A DNA stretch of 64,000 nucleotides from Eledone cirrhosa (GCA_964016885.1 OZ024743.1:346394001-346458000), one strand, 5' to 3'. Counted from the stretch's first letter, positions 24,756 through 38,811 are shown. Notes: a model not told the origin generated them from the sequence alone. Made by a program: numbers and translations.

Positions 24756-27700
24756 ACAAGAGCTAAAAAGGGACCCTTTATGTGGTCCCTCGACATGTTA
24801 GATATAACATCCAAATATTATTAGATCCTTGTCTGGTACCTTAAATAAGCGGATATACATTGGATAATATAATTATCGATATACAAAATTGGATGGCCAC
24901 GGCTGGAATGCATATATAGGTATGCTATATCAGGGATGATTTAGGTGTTAAAATAAAAAAAACGACGTTGGCAAATACTTTATTAGTAACACCTTCACAA
25001 CAATGAACATTACTATCACTGCCACTAGAAATTCTGTTATCGCTATTACTACCACAAATATTATAAATACTATCGACATACCAAGTCTATGTCTCTCTTA
25101 ATCAACATCATACATACCGATACAGCTGCTACTTCTTACAGTCGATATAAATACATCAGCACCACTTTTATCACCACCATAATCACCACTATCTCCACAA
25201 CAACAAAAAACTACATCCAAAAACCCAACAAATATTCCTACACTGCAACTACTACTGAATAAAACACCAGCAACCACCCTTACTCTCCTACACACCATAG
25301 GTCCTCTATCACCACACCGTACAAACCCCATTAGCACCCACCCCAATACACATAATATTCCCTAACATCATTCAAATGACTAGAGATTCTTATTCATGTG
25401 AACAGCCATAAAACCTTTGAACAGAGTTTTGCTATGACGCAATGTTAATTTTCTCTGTGCTCCTGATTAAATTGGGCGGATCAATATTGATTATCGATTG
25501 ATCATGTTCTTCAAAGAACCCGCCAATACTCTGTCCATAAACTTCATCTCTATTCTACTGTTTATTTCGTAAACGGATTCTGTAGTCCTACTTAAACCTC
25601 TTAGTCTTAAGCGAGTTTAATTTTCAACCATCATTGCACCATCCTTGCCTCATTGATGTCGCTGTTGGTAGTAACGGAATCTAATAATTTGACGTCAGTT
25701 TGCAAGAAAATAATGGTTAAAATACCAACAGACATTTGTCATGTTTATCAGGTTTACAACATTTGTATATAATTATTTTGAAATACGTATAAAATGAAAA
25801 TTTTCAATCTAACCATTTCAATATTAGACTTAGTTTTTAAATTGGTAAGTAGGCCACACGTTTTAATGGTTTAGTCACTTATATTAAATAGTCTTTCAGA
25901 TTAAAAAATCCAAAATAAAATCGGTTATATCAACCACCGTTTTTCACATTTTAAAGGTTAAATTATTATATAAACCTGAATACTATCAATTCTAAATATA
26001 TACTCATTAATATCATCCACATTACTTCACATTATAAACCACACCGGATTTGAGACCTGCGTCTTATTTGTTAACCTTCAATATGTTCGTGGATGTCACG
26101 AGAAGATAAAACGTGCTTATTGTTTGATTCGAACTTGCAATTTTTCGACCGCCACTATCCTTCAAAATTAAGGCGTATTGTGATAGGGATTTCGCATTGT
26201 TCATATTCTTGAACCGAAAGAATTATGTACATTGACTGTAACTAAAAAGAGGTGGAAGAAAGTGAAATATAGATATGTAAAATTTGTTAGTTGACAAAAC
26301 AAATATGCATATATTTAAACGGAGATGAGATTTACAATTAGAAATAAATTATAATCATTGTTTAATACAGCGAATCGACCGCAATACATATGTAAAAATG
26401 AGTTTATTGAACTAAAATGAGGAAATATGAGGGTTCAATGAAAAACTAGGTCCCAAGGATTCGGAAAACTAATGGACCGTTTTCCCACCAATTCTACCAT
26501 TCTGCCTTCAATAACTAGGCATAACGTTTTTATATTCATAAGTAAAAATATAAATTGTTGCGACAGCTATGCCTTTCCCAGGAGCGTTGACTGTGTAAGA
26601 GAAAATAATTCGATTTAACTAGTGATTGAAATCGCGTCACAAACTAAGCTTTATTTGAACTTCTCGTTGAACGACACTTCCTGCATAAAATATTGGTATT
26701 AATTTCTAACAGTGGCACACTTGATAAGAATGTGTATAGTCAATAAATTGGAACTAGTATTAGGCTGGTAATTATTTCATCATATCCATAAGGGATTTGA
26801 TCTCAGGGCTTAAAATAATGTATCTTAGCACCACCAGGCAATAGAGTTTGGCACGCTACCGTTTCTGCTATCCACCACCCCAAAGACTGTTAATATTGCA
26901 TACGCACAGGCATTAAACAAACTAATCAGTTGGTTTTGTTTGGTCACATGAATGTTACTTGGAGGAAGCCTTCATAAGGTCAACACAGGAAACATTTGTC
27001 CGCTCTAATAGCTTACCGAAATTCGCGTGGACAAACTGTGCTGTGTTGGTTTAGCTACAGCTGAAGGACAATAACAAAATTGATTTTAGTATTCTGCTTC
27101 CTCTTCCTCTTTTTTATTTTGACACATGGTGTCTATGCTGACCCTGGATTTATTTAAATATTATAAGAGTTATGTTTTTTCAGAATTGTTTTCTTTATTT
27201 CCCCGTGTCCCCGTTTGTACATAAAAGAGTGAGTATAAGCTGAAAAAAAAAAGAAAAGAAATTCGTGGTTCCTCGATAAAATAGCAAAGTTTGTTAACCG
27301 GAAAGGAAAGACACGCAAATCAAAAGGTGTACATCGCAAAACAAGTTCTATATTTGGCAGACAGGAAGTATTTCACTTATTTGTTGTTTGTTTATGGGGT
27401 GTTGTTTTTTTGTTGTTAATGTTTTTTTTTTTTTTGTTTTTTGTTTTTTTGTTTTTTGTTTTTTGTTTTTTGTAAAGTCAGATAGACATGAAAACCATTG
27501 TATTTATCACAATGTGTCTTCTATATTTTGTGGTCCCGGTGCACAAACTAGTAAATACGCTACTCCGAAGGTTAGCTTTGGAAATTATCTGTCTGAGCCA
27601 TAGCATCTTGTGAGGCGGACTCATACATAAGGATGGACATCTCTATTCGGATTAGACTATGTGAGAATGTGATATTGGAGGTCAATGACGCCGGATGTTT

Positions 27701-29478
27701 CCATTGTTACAGTAAAAAGTTACATTTGTTTCTGTGTCTAGAACTTTACATCTGTGAAATTTCGTTAGGTCCCCTGAGAAACATATTTCTATAATCTGAA
27801 ATTATACACATACTTTAATAAGAACCATCTAAGATGTAATGGAATAGCTTATTGAAATGAATTATCAATACCGGCATATTTCTTAAAACCTGGGCAAATT
27901 CCCTTAACTTTCATCAGCTCCAATTGAACTTGAACTTGGCAGTTCTGCTGAAATTATACAGCTCTTTAGTTATTAAAGAGTAATTAGATTTGGCTATAAA
28001 ATACGTAGACTCGACAAACCCCAATTATTTGCCAGAGCGATTGACAAGATGTAGTGCTTCCGATTGTATACGACCATCAGGATTTCTGATATGAGTTTAA
28101 CACATTATCGTGTCAGCTATCAACACCTTTCAAAATTTTCATCAAGTTATCAAAGTCAATCAGAAACAAAATGCTCATCTCCATAGTAACAATACTGTAA
28201 ATATCTAGCTCCATAACAACACTAATCTAGTGACGTAAAAGTTATATATTCTGAAATTAACCCAAAATTATAATTTCAATAGAACGAATTCAATTATTTT
28301 CTCATTAACTTTAATGATTAATTCTTCAAAACATCTTCTACGCATGACTAGTAGTTTGAAGGCCTTTGCATAACTCATTTATAGGTATCTTTAACTCAAG
28401 GGCACGAAACTAATTACCGAGCTTGGATAACTTCTTGTACTTTAAATATATAAAATACAGGTATTTCAATATTCCATTTACACCAGGAATTTGAATAATC
28501 ACTCAGAAAAATGGATCTTTTTAATTAAAAATATCACTTGGTTTAACCCAATCTCTGGCATTTGGTTGACATAGGAAAGTCCACTCCGTTGTATGTAATT
28601 GAATCAGGTTTCGGCACTGAGGAAAACCTTATGAATCGTGATTCTCGTCTTCTTTTTCTTTTTTTTTTTCATGTGTCTAAGAAGCCCCTTATATAGTTTT
28701 TTCTTCTTTTTTTTAGATTCTCATCCATCTTTAAAAAGAAAAAGGAAAGAAGACAGTTTTCCCGATCGGATCAAAGAAACTATGTTCCCCTTGTTTTTTC
28801 CATTGCTGATACAACACTTTGCAAAAGCTCGACTGATTTATCACTGACAGGAGGAAGGATATGAATCCAGAACCCACAAAACCAGATGGTATACCCAATA
28901 TATTTAGCCTAAAATGTCGCTTCTAACCAGAAATAGAAAAAATATTCATATTATTTTATAGCATCGACTTCAAAGAACGAACAGTTACACACCTTGACAG
29001 CAAACCTTAAAATATTCATTTTCCATTCATATATCTCACAACCCAGGCATCGATATGGAGCACAAACGTTTAAATATTCAGGAGTTTATAAATCTTATGA
29101 TTTTCGACTGTATAGCGCTTAAAAATACGCAGGCATCCAGAGTTATTTATCTAATAGTATTAGATATTTTAGTTTCGATCAGCCTACATCCTTCTTAGAT
29201 TTGCGAACATACATAATTTGAAGTGTAATTTATGTCTATTACACAATGTCAAATCCACTCATTGTTTAGTTTATGATGTCATCCACTAAAACACATTTGT
29301 TCCATTAATCCTAATTATCCTACCAATTTCTTCTTATGAAGGACTAGTGTACGAAACGTTAAGTCTCTCTTCCTGCTATTTCAAGCGTTAAACTAATATA
29401 TTTCTTCCATGTACTGTTGAGTTTGCTTTGTGAATTCTGTTTACACACACACACACATACACACACACACACACACAC

Positions 29479-29546
<68 letters not shown>

Positions 29547-29554
29547 AAAAAAAG

Positions 29555-32216
29555 CTGAAATCGAAAATGCAACTGAGTCTTATTTTTTTAAAAATATATA
29601 TATTTATTTGGTTCTTTTACCGGTTTCGCAGTTCTTCTGCTTTTCGAAAGTAGAGTTGAGATGGAGGGTCTGTGGTTTTTCTCACATCTGGTTGGTCTTT
29701 GAATGTTACTTGTTTTATATGGAAAAAACTGGGTCGAAACGCCAGGTTTTTAGAGAAGTAATTTGATTGGTTGGTCAATAATTATGATAAATTTCGCGCC
29801 AGTTCGCGTTACAAAGTTCTTCAAGCAAGGGGGCGGCTCAGGTTGATTTTTTCATATACGAGTGTTTGAATTTCTTTTTACTTTAAAAAAAAGGGGCTCA
29901 TGAAGGCTTTTTTTAAATAAACGTAATGTGATTGGTTATAAATGAAATTATGGCTGTCACGTGAACTTCGTGCCCGTATTTGGAAATTTATTCTGTAGCC
30001 TTTTTAGAGAATTTTATGACAAGCAAAAGATAATGGTCAAGAGAAATGGAATGGGAGAATTGTTCTGGTTCAGTGAATAAGGTTAGTTCGCTGGGGTGTC
30101 AGAATTCAGATTTTCTATTGAAATAAAGAAAGTAAAGATATGTATGTTTATTTGTGTGCTTGTGTGTGTTGTGTGTGTTTGAATTTATTTTTTACTTTAA
30201 ACAAAGGGGGCTCACGAAGGCTTTTTTTTTTAAACGTAATTTGATTGGTTATAAATGAAATTATGGTTGTCACGTGGACAAGTTTTCATTAAATTTCGCG
30301 CCCGTATTTGGAAATCTATTCTGTAGCCTTTTTAGAGAATTTTATGACAAGCAAAAGATAATGGTCAAGAGGAATGGGATGGGAGAGTTGTTCTGCTTCA
30401 GTGAATATGGTTAGTTCGCTGGGGTGTCAGAATTCAGATTTTCTATTGAAATAAAGAAAGTAAAGATATGTATGTTTATTTGTGTGCGTATAGGAAGATG
30501 ATTATATTAGTAGAAATGGGGGAGGGAGTTGTGTGTGTGTGTATGGGTCTTATGTGTGTGTGCGTGTGTGGGAGTATGTTAAGTTGGAGCGAATATATAT
30601 ATTTTGTGTGTGTGTATATATGTGTTTAGGAAAGTGATTCTATTAGTAGACATGGGGGAGAGAGTTGTGTGTGTGTGGGGGTGGGTTTTTGTATGTGTGT
30701 GTATGGGTGTTATGTGTGTGTGGGAGTATGGGTAGCATGTTAAGATAAAGAGAATATATATATATTGTGTGTGTAGGAAAATGATTCCGTTAGTAGAAAT
30801 ATTTTTGAATGAACATATTTTCCTCACTTATTCGTATTTGTGCTGTTGTATTGTCAGCGCAAACGTATGTTAAGGCTTATTTAGTTCGGGTTTTTATTTT
30901 CTAAAGTAGCAGGTGTTATGTGTGTGTGTATGTGTCTGTTTTGGATGGTTCGCACGTTATGGTGTTCACATAATGTATATTAAACCATATTTATTGCTGG
31001 TCTATATTTTTTAATAAACATATTTTCCTTATTTATTCGTATTTGTTCTGTTGTATTGTCAGCGCAAAGGTAAAATGGGAAGACTTGGAATTTGGGTGTC
31101 TTATTACTTGCGCATATGTCTAGATGTACGCTTAGTGGTATATGTCTCGTGGTTGGATCTCGTAATTGTTGGCGATGAACTGTCGTTCTGTTTCTGAGTG
31201 TGAGTTTAGTTTGTCCTATATAATCTTCATTGCATCCTTTACATTTAATGGCATAAAGTAGATTTTTTGATGAGCAAAAATTTCTCCTGATTTAATATAT
31301 ACGTGTTGCCTTCAATGAGGTGAGAGGAGGTTCCACAATTAGAGCGACCACATTTTTTGACAGTTGGTTGTGGGTTTGTGGTAGGTAATTTAGCATTGGT
31401 GAGTAATGTTTTCAGTGATTTAGGTTGTCTTTTGCTTTTGATTATTTTGTGTTTCAAGGGCTTTTTTCATTCTTGGGTCTTGTTTTAGTAGTGGGATGTA
31501 CTTGTGAATAGTGTTGTAAGCTTCCGCATTTCTTGGGTTGTGTGTTGACATGTATGATAGAATATTGGACGTACCTTGAATTTGTTTCTGTTTTCGTAAT
31601 TCATCAATGTCTATTGTTTTAGCCCTTTCTATTCCATTATTTATTAGTAATGGTGGGTACTCTCTTTCTGCGTTTCATAATTGGAGACAATGGTGCAAAT
31701 TCTTCTTGCTAGGTTAAAAGGAATGTTCGTCTTCGTGTGCTTTTGATGGTTGGAGGTGAATAGCAGGTATTGTTTGGAATCTGTTGGTTTGTAGTGTATG
31801 TCAGTTTCAATATTTATGTCTTTTTTTAAGATTAAGATCTCCAGAAATGGGAGTTGATCTTGGCTGTATTCCATTGTGAATTGGATGTGGTTATTGATGC
31901 CGTTTATTAAGTTTTTGAAATCATTCAGCTGGTCGAGTGTGTGGGACCAAAGAATGAGACAATCATCCAAGTAGCGTTTCTAATTCTCTGATATATATTT
32001 GTGGAAGTTCAATCCGTATTTTAATTTGGACTGTTCATATATCTGGACTTCTAAGTATGCCATAACTAAGTTGGCATAAGTTGGAGCGGATTTTGTACCC
32101 AACGCAGTCCCCGATATTTGCTTGTAAGTACTGCCATCGAAATCAAAAAAAGTTGTTCTGTAAGATAAATTTTAATCCCACGGTGATGAAGTTTTTTTCT
32201 ATTCTGCCAGGTATCT
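29555..32216 (-). mobile_element. 5'-truncated Penelope-like element (RT + C-x4-C-x2-(C)-type linker + GIY-YIG + long 3' region + pseudo-LTR), tentatively Neptune-type
   Basis: GTALGTKSAPTYANLVMAYLE and RYLDDCLILW (RT), KKCGRSNCGT linker, YAIKCKGCNEDYIGQTK..R..HRQQ (GIY-YIG, about 31050-31260); degenerate HHR at 29614-29650; ends near (TA)n. Confidence 0.93.
29868..30490. repeat. About 313-bp tandem duplication inside the PLE 3' region
   Basis: Units start gaatttcttttt (29868) and gaatttattttt (30181) and share long identical blocks. Confidence 0.9.
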
Positions 32217-32277
32217 CATTGGGATAGTTCTCTAGCCAGAATCCTATTGCTTCCTATATATATACATATATATACAT

Positions 32278-32358
<81 letters not shown>

Positions 32359-32413
32359 CATAGTAATAATAATACATTTGAAGACTAAAATGCCAAAAGG
32401 GCTCGATAAGGAT

Positions 32414-32533
<120 letters not shown>

Positions 32534-32570
32534 GTATGTATATAAATACATACATACATATGTATGTATG

Positions 32571-32649
<79 letters not shown>

Positions 32650-32654
<5 letters not shown>

Positions 32655-34333
32655 AATCTACCAAAATAAACGGTAGGGTTCAATCCGTATGAATAACTCA
32701 ATGTAATCCAAATATAGAAGATATCATGAAAAGAGAAAATACATTCAAAATTATAGGATAAAAATCATAGGAAAACAGAGTCAAGATAAATTAATAAAAA
32801 CAATGAAATAAAAACAAAGAACAGGTTCCTTATATTGAAAAAGTATCCTTTTACGATCGTTTCTGGCATATATATGTGTGTGTTGGTATGTATATTATAT
32901 TAAAGATGTATGTAAAAAAATATTACAAATTATCAGAGGAGATATACGCACCTTCACTTATATATGCCATCTTGAGAAATGATGAAGTACTTTTATTAAA
33001 AGAAACAAAGTATTAATACAAAAAGTCTGTTTGAGAACAGGTTTTGAATTGACCAATAGAAAAGAGTTAGAGGTCAAGTTGATAGAATAACAGTAGTAGA
33101 AACTTTATGCTAGGAGTGGAGGATTGTAAGTTTATGCTTTGAATGAAAATAATACAGTGGGGAAGAGAAAGATAGGGGTTAAAATGAGGTCAAATCAATG
33201 AGATAGAGAAAAAATTGATGTTATTAAACAATGTTGTTAAAAGTGAAGGGAAAATAATTTTTTTGTGGTATGAGAGTGTTAGTGAGAAGTACTACTCCTG
33301 TTTAATTTTCAAGGAACCTAGATACATAAAGGGAAATTAAATTAATTAATAGGTATACTTACAGAGTTAAAATTATATTAATTCTTATGAGTGTGATAAA
33401 TAAAGAAGTAAAAAAAAAATATATATATATAGAGAGAGAAAGACTGAAATAGATAACATTTTATAAAAAGTAGTGTATCTATCGAAACATCCATATTATT
33501 AAAGATATTAATTATATTCACTAATCCTAGGTATTAAATAATCCTAGGTATTAAATAATCCTAGGTATTAAATGTGATAGAAGGTGGATGCGGTTAAAAG
33601 AAGTAGTGAGGTTAAAGATAGCTTTAGGTAAAATGAGCTGCAAGAGGGAAATAAAATTATGAAATTCTTTGTAGTAAATATCTAATTATAGGTTAACTAA
33701 ATTAAAATTTTTCTTTTTTAATCTATTATAATAATTTGTAAAATATAAGAATGAGGTATATATTAATTAAGTTTATAACATTTGAAGGTTTTTCTAATTC
33801 TATGTTTGGATGATATAAATAACTCCTGTCGCTTATTTCATAGTATATCATTAGATTTCATGATTACAAATAGTTATTGGGAGCATAACCTACACTCATA
33901 TCTGCTATTTTGATAAGGGCTGGCCCTTTTGAGCACGCTCCAGGTCAGGTTGTAATCAATGTCCTTCTTTCTATAAGTATTCATTGCTTCAGCCAAGGAG
34001 GTTGTATTAGCTAATGCGGCATTTTTAAAACTATGTTTGTGGGTATTAAATCTTACTTTAAATTGTTTAGACGTAGCTCCTATATAGGATTGAGTGGAGT
34101 CCTTAGTTCTAACTACACATTTATAGACTATATTATTAATAAGACAATTTCCCTTTAATGGGCAATTTCTTTTGATTCTACAGTTACAGCCATTCGTAAA
34201 TATTGTATCAGGAGAGTTAATTGTGTTATCTATAGTGGTATTAGTGTTACTATTTTCATTAATGTATGGTTTAGAATAGGTTGTAATTATATTAGTATGA
34301 TTAGACAGGTTGTTGATGGGTGATAGTTTAGGG
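32650..34333 (-). mobile_element. 5'-truncated Penelope-like element (GIY-YIG + AT-rich 3' region + HHR-bearing end)
   Basis: GCNCRIKRNCPLKGNCLINNIVYKCVV..YIGATSKQFKVRFNTHKHSF..CRLC (ORF 33874-34446, whose N-terminus runs into the hAT end). Confidence 0.9.
32845..32983 (-). ncRNA. Degenerate hammerhead with a very long stem II insert
   Basis: tcattt-CTCAAGA-tggcatatata..(about 85 nt)..tatatatgcca-GAAA-cgatcg-TA-aaagga; core has G>C. Confidence 0.65.
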
Positions 34334-36255
34334 CAGGGGTCGGCAACCTTTTGGAGAGAGAGGGCCAAACAGCTATGCAGTCTCATGGAGGAGAGCCATG
34401 TTATTAAATATGTAAATAAATTTTCTGGAGGTTTAAAGCAAAACAAGGAATTTAATATAATTTTCTTTTAACAAGGCCCCTTATTTTACTGCATGAATAA
34501 CAAAAAAAAAAGAAAAAAAAACTACAAACACATTTAACAAAAAAAAACAAGACAAATTCCTTATTTTACTGCAGGAATAACAGAAAAACAACTACTATCA
34601 CAATCAACAAAAAAGAAAGCAAATTCCTTGCTACAAACGAAATACAGTTAGAAATGGTAAATGATTTAATGAGACTCTTGTTTCTGCTTATTGTGCGATA
34701 ACTTCTCCACATCAGTTGAAATATTTGTCGACGACAGGAGCAAAACATCATCCAGGTGGTCGTCACGCAACCTTGTTCTTAAATGACTTTTAGTATATTT
34801 CATTTTGAAAAAAAAGTTGTTCACAAGCTTATGAACTTCCAAATAATGATATCATCAGTTTCGCATTAGTCAAGATGTTTTTATATTTTCTGCTTGGCAA
34901 TATATATTTCTTGTAGAAGTCAGCAGTGTATTCGAACTGAAATTTCGATTTCAAAGATTCGACGCACTGTAAGTCAATTAACTCCAACTGATATTCTTCT
35001 GCCACTTGCTCCACATCTGTTTCGTAAGGAGTACCAAATAATTTAAATAGAGTTCCATATTGCCGGAAGTCAGCAAAACGAGAGGAAAACTCGCTTCTCA
35101 AATCCTTAATAGAGCTCACAAAGATGTCTGGTATTATATCTCTCTTGTGATTTTGGAGACTTGGGAAATGAGAGTAGTTTCCTTTTTGAAGTTGTGATTC
35201 CCACAGTCGAAGTTTTCTCTCAAAAGCAGTAATTTGACCAAACATCTCAAATACAACCTTGTTCTTTCCTTGAAGCTCAAGATTCAAAGTGTTCATGTGG
35301 GTCGTGATGTACACTAAAAAAGCTAACTTGACAACCCACTGTGGATCCTGAAAGTAAGAATTATCTTGGTCTTTGCTCTCTAAAGTCATAGAAATCTCTT
35401 CTCTCAATGCATATACTCGTTCTATCATTTTTCCGCGGCTAAGCCATCGAACATTTGAAAAATATGTAAGGTCGCCATACTCTGCTTCAATTTATTTTAG
35501 AAATTCTTGAAACTGGCGATGATTTACTCCTCTTGACAGTATAACATTCACTGTTTTCACGACCACTGCCATGATGTCCTTAAAATTCAGTGACTTTGCA
35601 CATAATGCTTCTTGATGAATAATGAAATGAAGTTTGATTAGTTTTTTTATCAATACCGATGGGGTTTTGGAGCAATGCAACACACCCCTTTTTCTCTCCA
35701 ACCATTGCTGGTGACTACTCCAGAAAGCTTTGATAAATCCAGATTCATTTTGGTAATCCATTGTATTATGCTTCCAAAATATCTGCTCCAGTGCTAGTGT
35801 CCTTCATAGGAATCAATTGTACAAATTCTTCCACAATATCAAATGTTGGTTTTACACACCTCACAAACACTGCAGGTTGACAAGTATCCTTCATATCTGT
35901 GGATCCATCGATAGCAATGGAATAATACTCCAGATTATTTAAAATGCCCTCCAAGCCACTTCTGACATTTGCTGCCAGCTCTTCAATTCGCCTTGTTACT
36001 GCCGATAAGCTGATCGCAGAAAATAATTCCTTTTTTTCTGGACAAACAACATCTGCTACATTCAACAATAATTCTTTGAAGAAATTTCCATCAGTAAAAG
36101 GTTTCATCCTTTCTCCAATTAGTTTTGACACCTCGTAGCTAGCACGAGTATTTCGGTCACTTTCTTTAACTTTTCTAGTGAAGAAGGATGATTGCTTTGT
36201 TACATTATTTCTCAGCCGTGCAACTTCGTTTACTCGGGCTTTTCCAGTAAACGAT
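34334..36255 (-). mobile_element. hAT transposon (Buster/SPIN/GTF2IRD2-like transposase), 5'-truncated and frameshifted
   Basis: TIR CAGGGGTCGGCAACC at 34334, preceded by gttTAggg (nnnTAnnn Buster-type target); motifs YYSIAIDGSTD, IIHQEALCAK, VRWLSRG, LNLELQGK, SLFGSS. Confidence 0.93.
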
Positions 36256-37726
36256 TATTATTTTTTAATTTAATTAAATTCGGGTTACGTTTGGATCGAT
36301 GAACAGTTTTCTCTTTCTCATGTTTGTAGACACTTTTAATATGATATTATACTTCAATATAGATCTTTAAAAATGTTCTCGTATTTTAAAATTATATAGC
36401 TTAGATATTTGGCAAACCATTTACTTATTTATTTTGAATCTGGTTCTTATCCTTATGATTCATGAAGTTTGATTTGTATATTTATAGTATATATGTGTTA
36501 TATGATCCTAATATAATAATTGATCTAAAATCTTAATTTTAACAATATTAACAGTAACTTATTTATTATATTATATTATGTTATGTATAACTGACTAATA
36601 TCGTATTGAACTTTAGACAATATACTCTTTGTATAAATTTAGACAAATATGTATATCTAGTTTAATAATACCCTTTTTAAGTATAATTATAAGGCATTTA
36701 GAATTTTTAGGGCATTCTAATTGTTAATTTAAAATTTTTAAAGTTATAACTGTAATTATTTTCTAAATTATATAATGATTATTATTTTAATATAAAATCT
36801 TTTTAAATATAATTTAATATGGATTACCTGCGAGAGGATGAAAATATTAAGTCTTTTCTTTCTCATGTTTGCAAATACTTTAAATATGATTTTATAAATT
36901 AAATATGATAGTATACTTTAATATAAATACTTATACATTTTTATAGCCTGAAATATTTTACCTTTAGATTAATTCATTATTCTGAACTAACATAAATGAT
37001 TCGAAATTTAACGGTCATCCGGATACGTTTGGATATATATAATGTATATAATTAATTGTTAGTATATTTCTAATTAACTAAAGACTCGAAATTAAACCCT
37101 CATATAATTACACCCAGATATATTTAAATATTTAGATTGATTGATTATTTCTAGATAATTTAAAGATTCGAGTTTACTCTTTCACAAAGCTATGCCCAAA
37201 TGTATATTTATGTATTTATATATATATATATATTTGCATCATCTAATCACACACTATTTATCCACGACAATACAAATCTCCCTCCCTATGCTTTATACTA
37301 TAAACATTATTCCTCCTTGTCTCTCTATCCTTGATCAATTCCCTTTTGCTTTCTATACTTCTAGTAACTATATTTTTCCTCATCTGTTTCTCTCTGTCTT
37401 TCTTCTTTCTTCAATAATTTAAATTATTTGAATCTCTAACAGTTATGTAAATTGGTATTATGTATTTTTAAGCGTTCTCACACGCACCTTCTGTATTATA
37501 TGTAATTCTTTCATGTCTCAATCTTAAGGTATATAAATATTGAGTTTTGTCATATCTTATTCATTACCATGACTGAATATTAACCATCTACTAAGTCAGG
37601 GTATGTCATGCATCATCTTATTTTATCTGATGAGGACGTACGGTTGAAGATTGCTCAGTACCTATAAAATATGTATAATAAAATATATTTGATCACACGA
37701 ATATCTATTTTTGTTAATACTTTGAA

Positions 37727-37730
<4 letters not shown>
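36256..37730 (+). mobile_element. AT-rich PLE 3' region/pseudo-LTR remnant ending in (TA)n
   Basis: Degenerate HHR at 37619-37685, about 45 bp before the TA tract; internal repeats 36305-36365 / 36853-36930. Confidence 0.55.
37619..37685 (+). ncRNA. Degenerate hammerhead (same family as 53465-53535)
   Basis: tattttat-CTGATGA-ggacgtac..gtacctat-AAAA-tatgta-TA-ataaaata. Confidence 0.6.
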
Positions 37731-37771
<41 letters not shown>

Positions 37772-38493
37772 TATTTAAGAAACCGAATGACTCTCGGCTT
37801 CAGAGTTAAGAATAATGTAAATAAATTACAAAGGTAATTGAAATCAACAAAAATTAAATATATACAAGCACGCATCCAAATACGTACATACACATGCATA
37901 CGCTAAAACATGGGTATGCAAATACAAGCACGTACACTAAAAAACACGCGCGCACATACAGAACCCACGCAACGCCTGTACCCGCACACATTCGAACGTA
38001 TGCACCAAATACACATAAAAATATTTAAAAAATATATATATATGTGTGTGTATGTATGTGCGTGTATACATATAACTATATAAACGTATATGAATATACA
38101 CATATAAATACGTATATAACGTGCACACACATACCTACATGTAAATACACATGTTCGTTAAACCTACGTCAACCAAAACACAAAGTACACATATACACAC
38201 ACCCCCAACATACGTAGGAACCCGCATATCCACGCAAACGCAAAACTCACGTATACACTTAACCATATGCACATGTACCAGTATATATAACATATACGCC
38301 TATAACATATACAAGCAAATATACGTACGAGAAAGTATACGTTCCTTGACAAAACATACAGGTAATATATACTTACGACTTCATGTATACTATGAACGTG
38401 GTTTTGTCTTTGCGTGTAATTGTTTACACCGCCCCAAATAATGACGTATTATCTAAATATTTACTCCTGCGTTCAAAGATTGATTGTTTTACT

Positions 38494-38654
38494 TTCAGAA
38501 GATCCCGCTAAGGGTGAAAGCAGCGATTCTTTGCTTAAACTTTAATTTGTTATTTTAATAAATATTTGCTCTACGGTTCTTATATATTTGATATATATTT
38601 ATCCTTATCGAGCCCTCTTTGTATTTTAGCCTTCAAATGTATTATTATTATTAC

Positions 38655-38656
<2 letters not shown>
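38494..38656 (+). mobile_element. Short (TA)n-associated repeat (family H2) with an HHR-like 5' end; other copies 55022-55183 -, 44598-44650 -, 32361-32415 -
   Basis: tt-CAGAAGA-tccc(gctaa)gggt-GAAA-gca..tgc-TT-aaacttt followed by a shared tail of about 110 bp. Confidence 0.75.
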
Positions 38657-38685
<29 letters not shown>

Positions 38686-38697
38686 ATATATATATGC

Positions 38698-38811
<114 letters not shown>

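Noticed and set aside
34829-36131. Domesticated GTF2IRD2/EPM2AIP1-like gene
   Set aside because: Frameshifted, truncated and bounded by a hAT TIR, so it is a transposon copy
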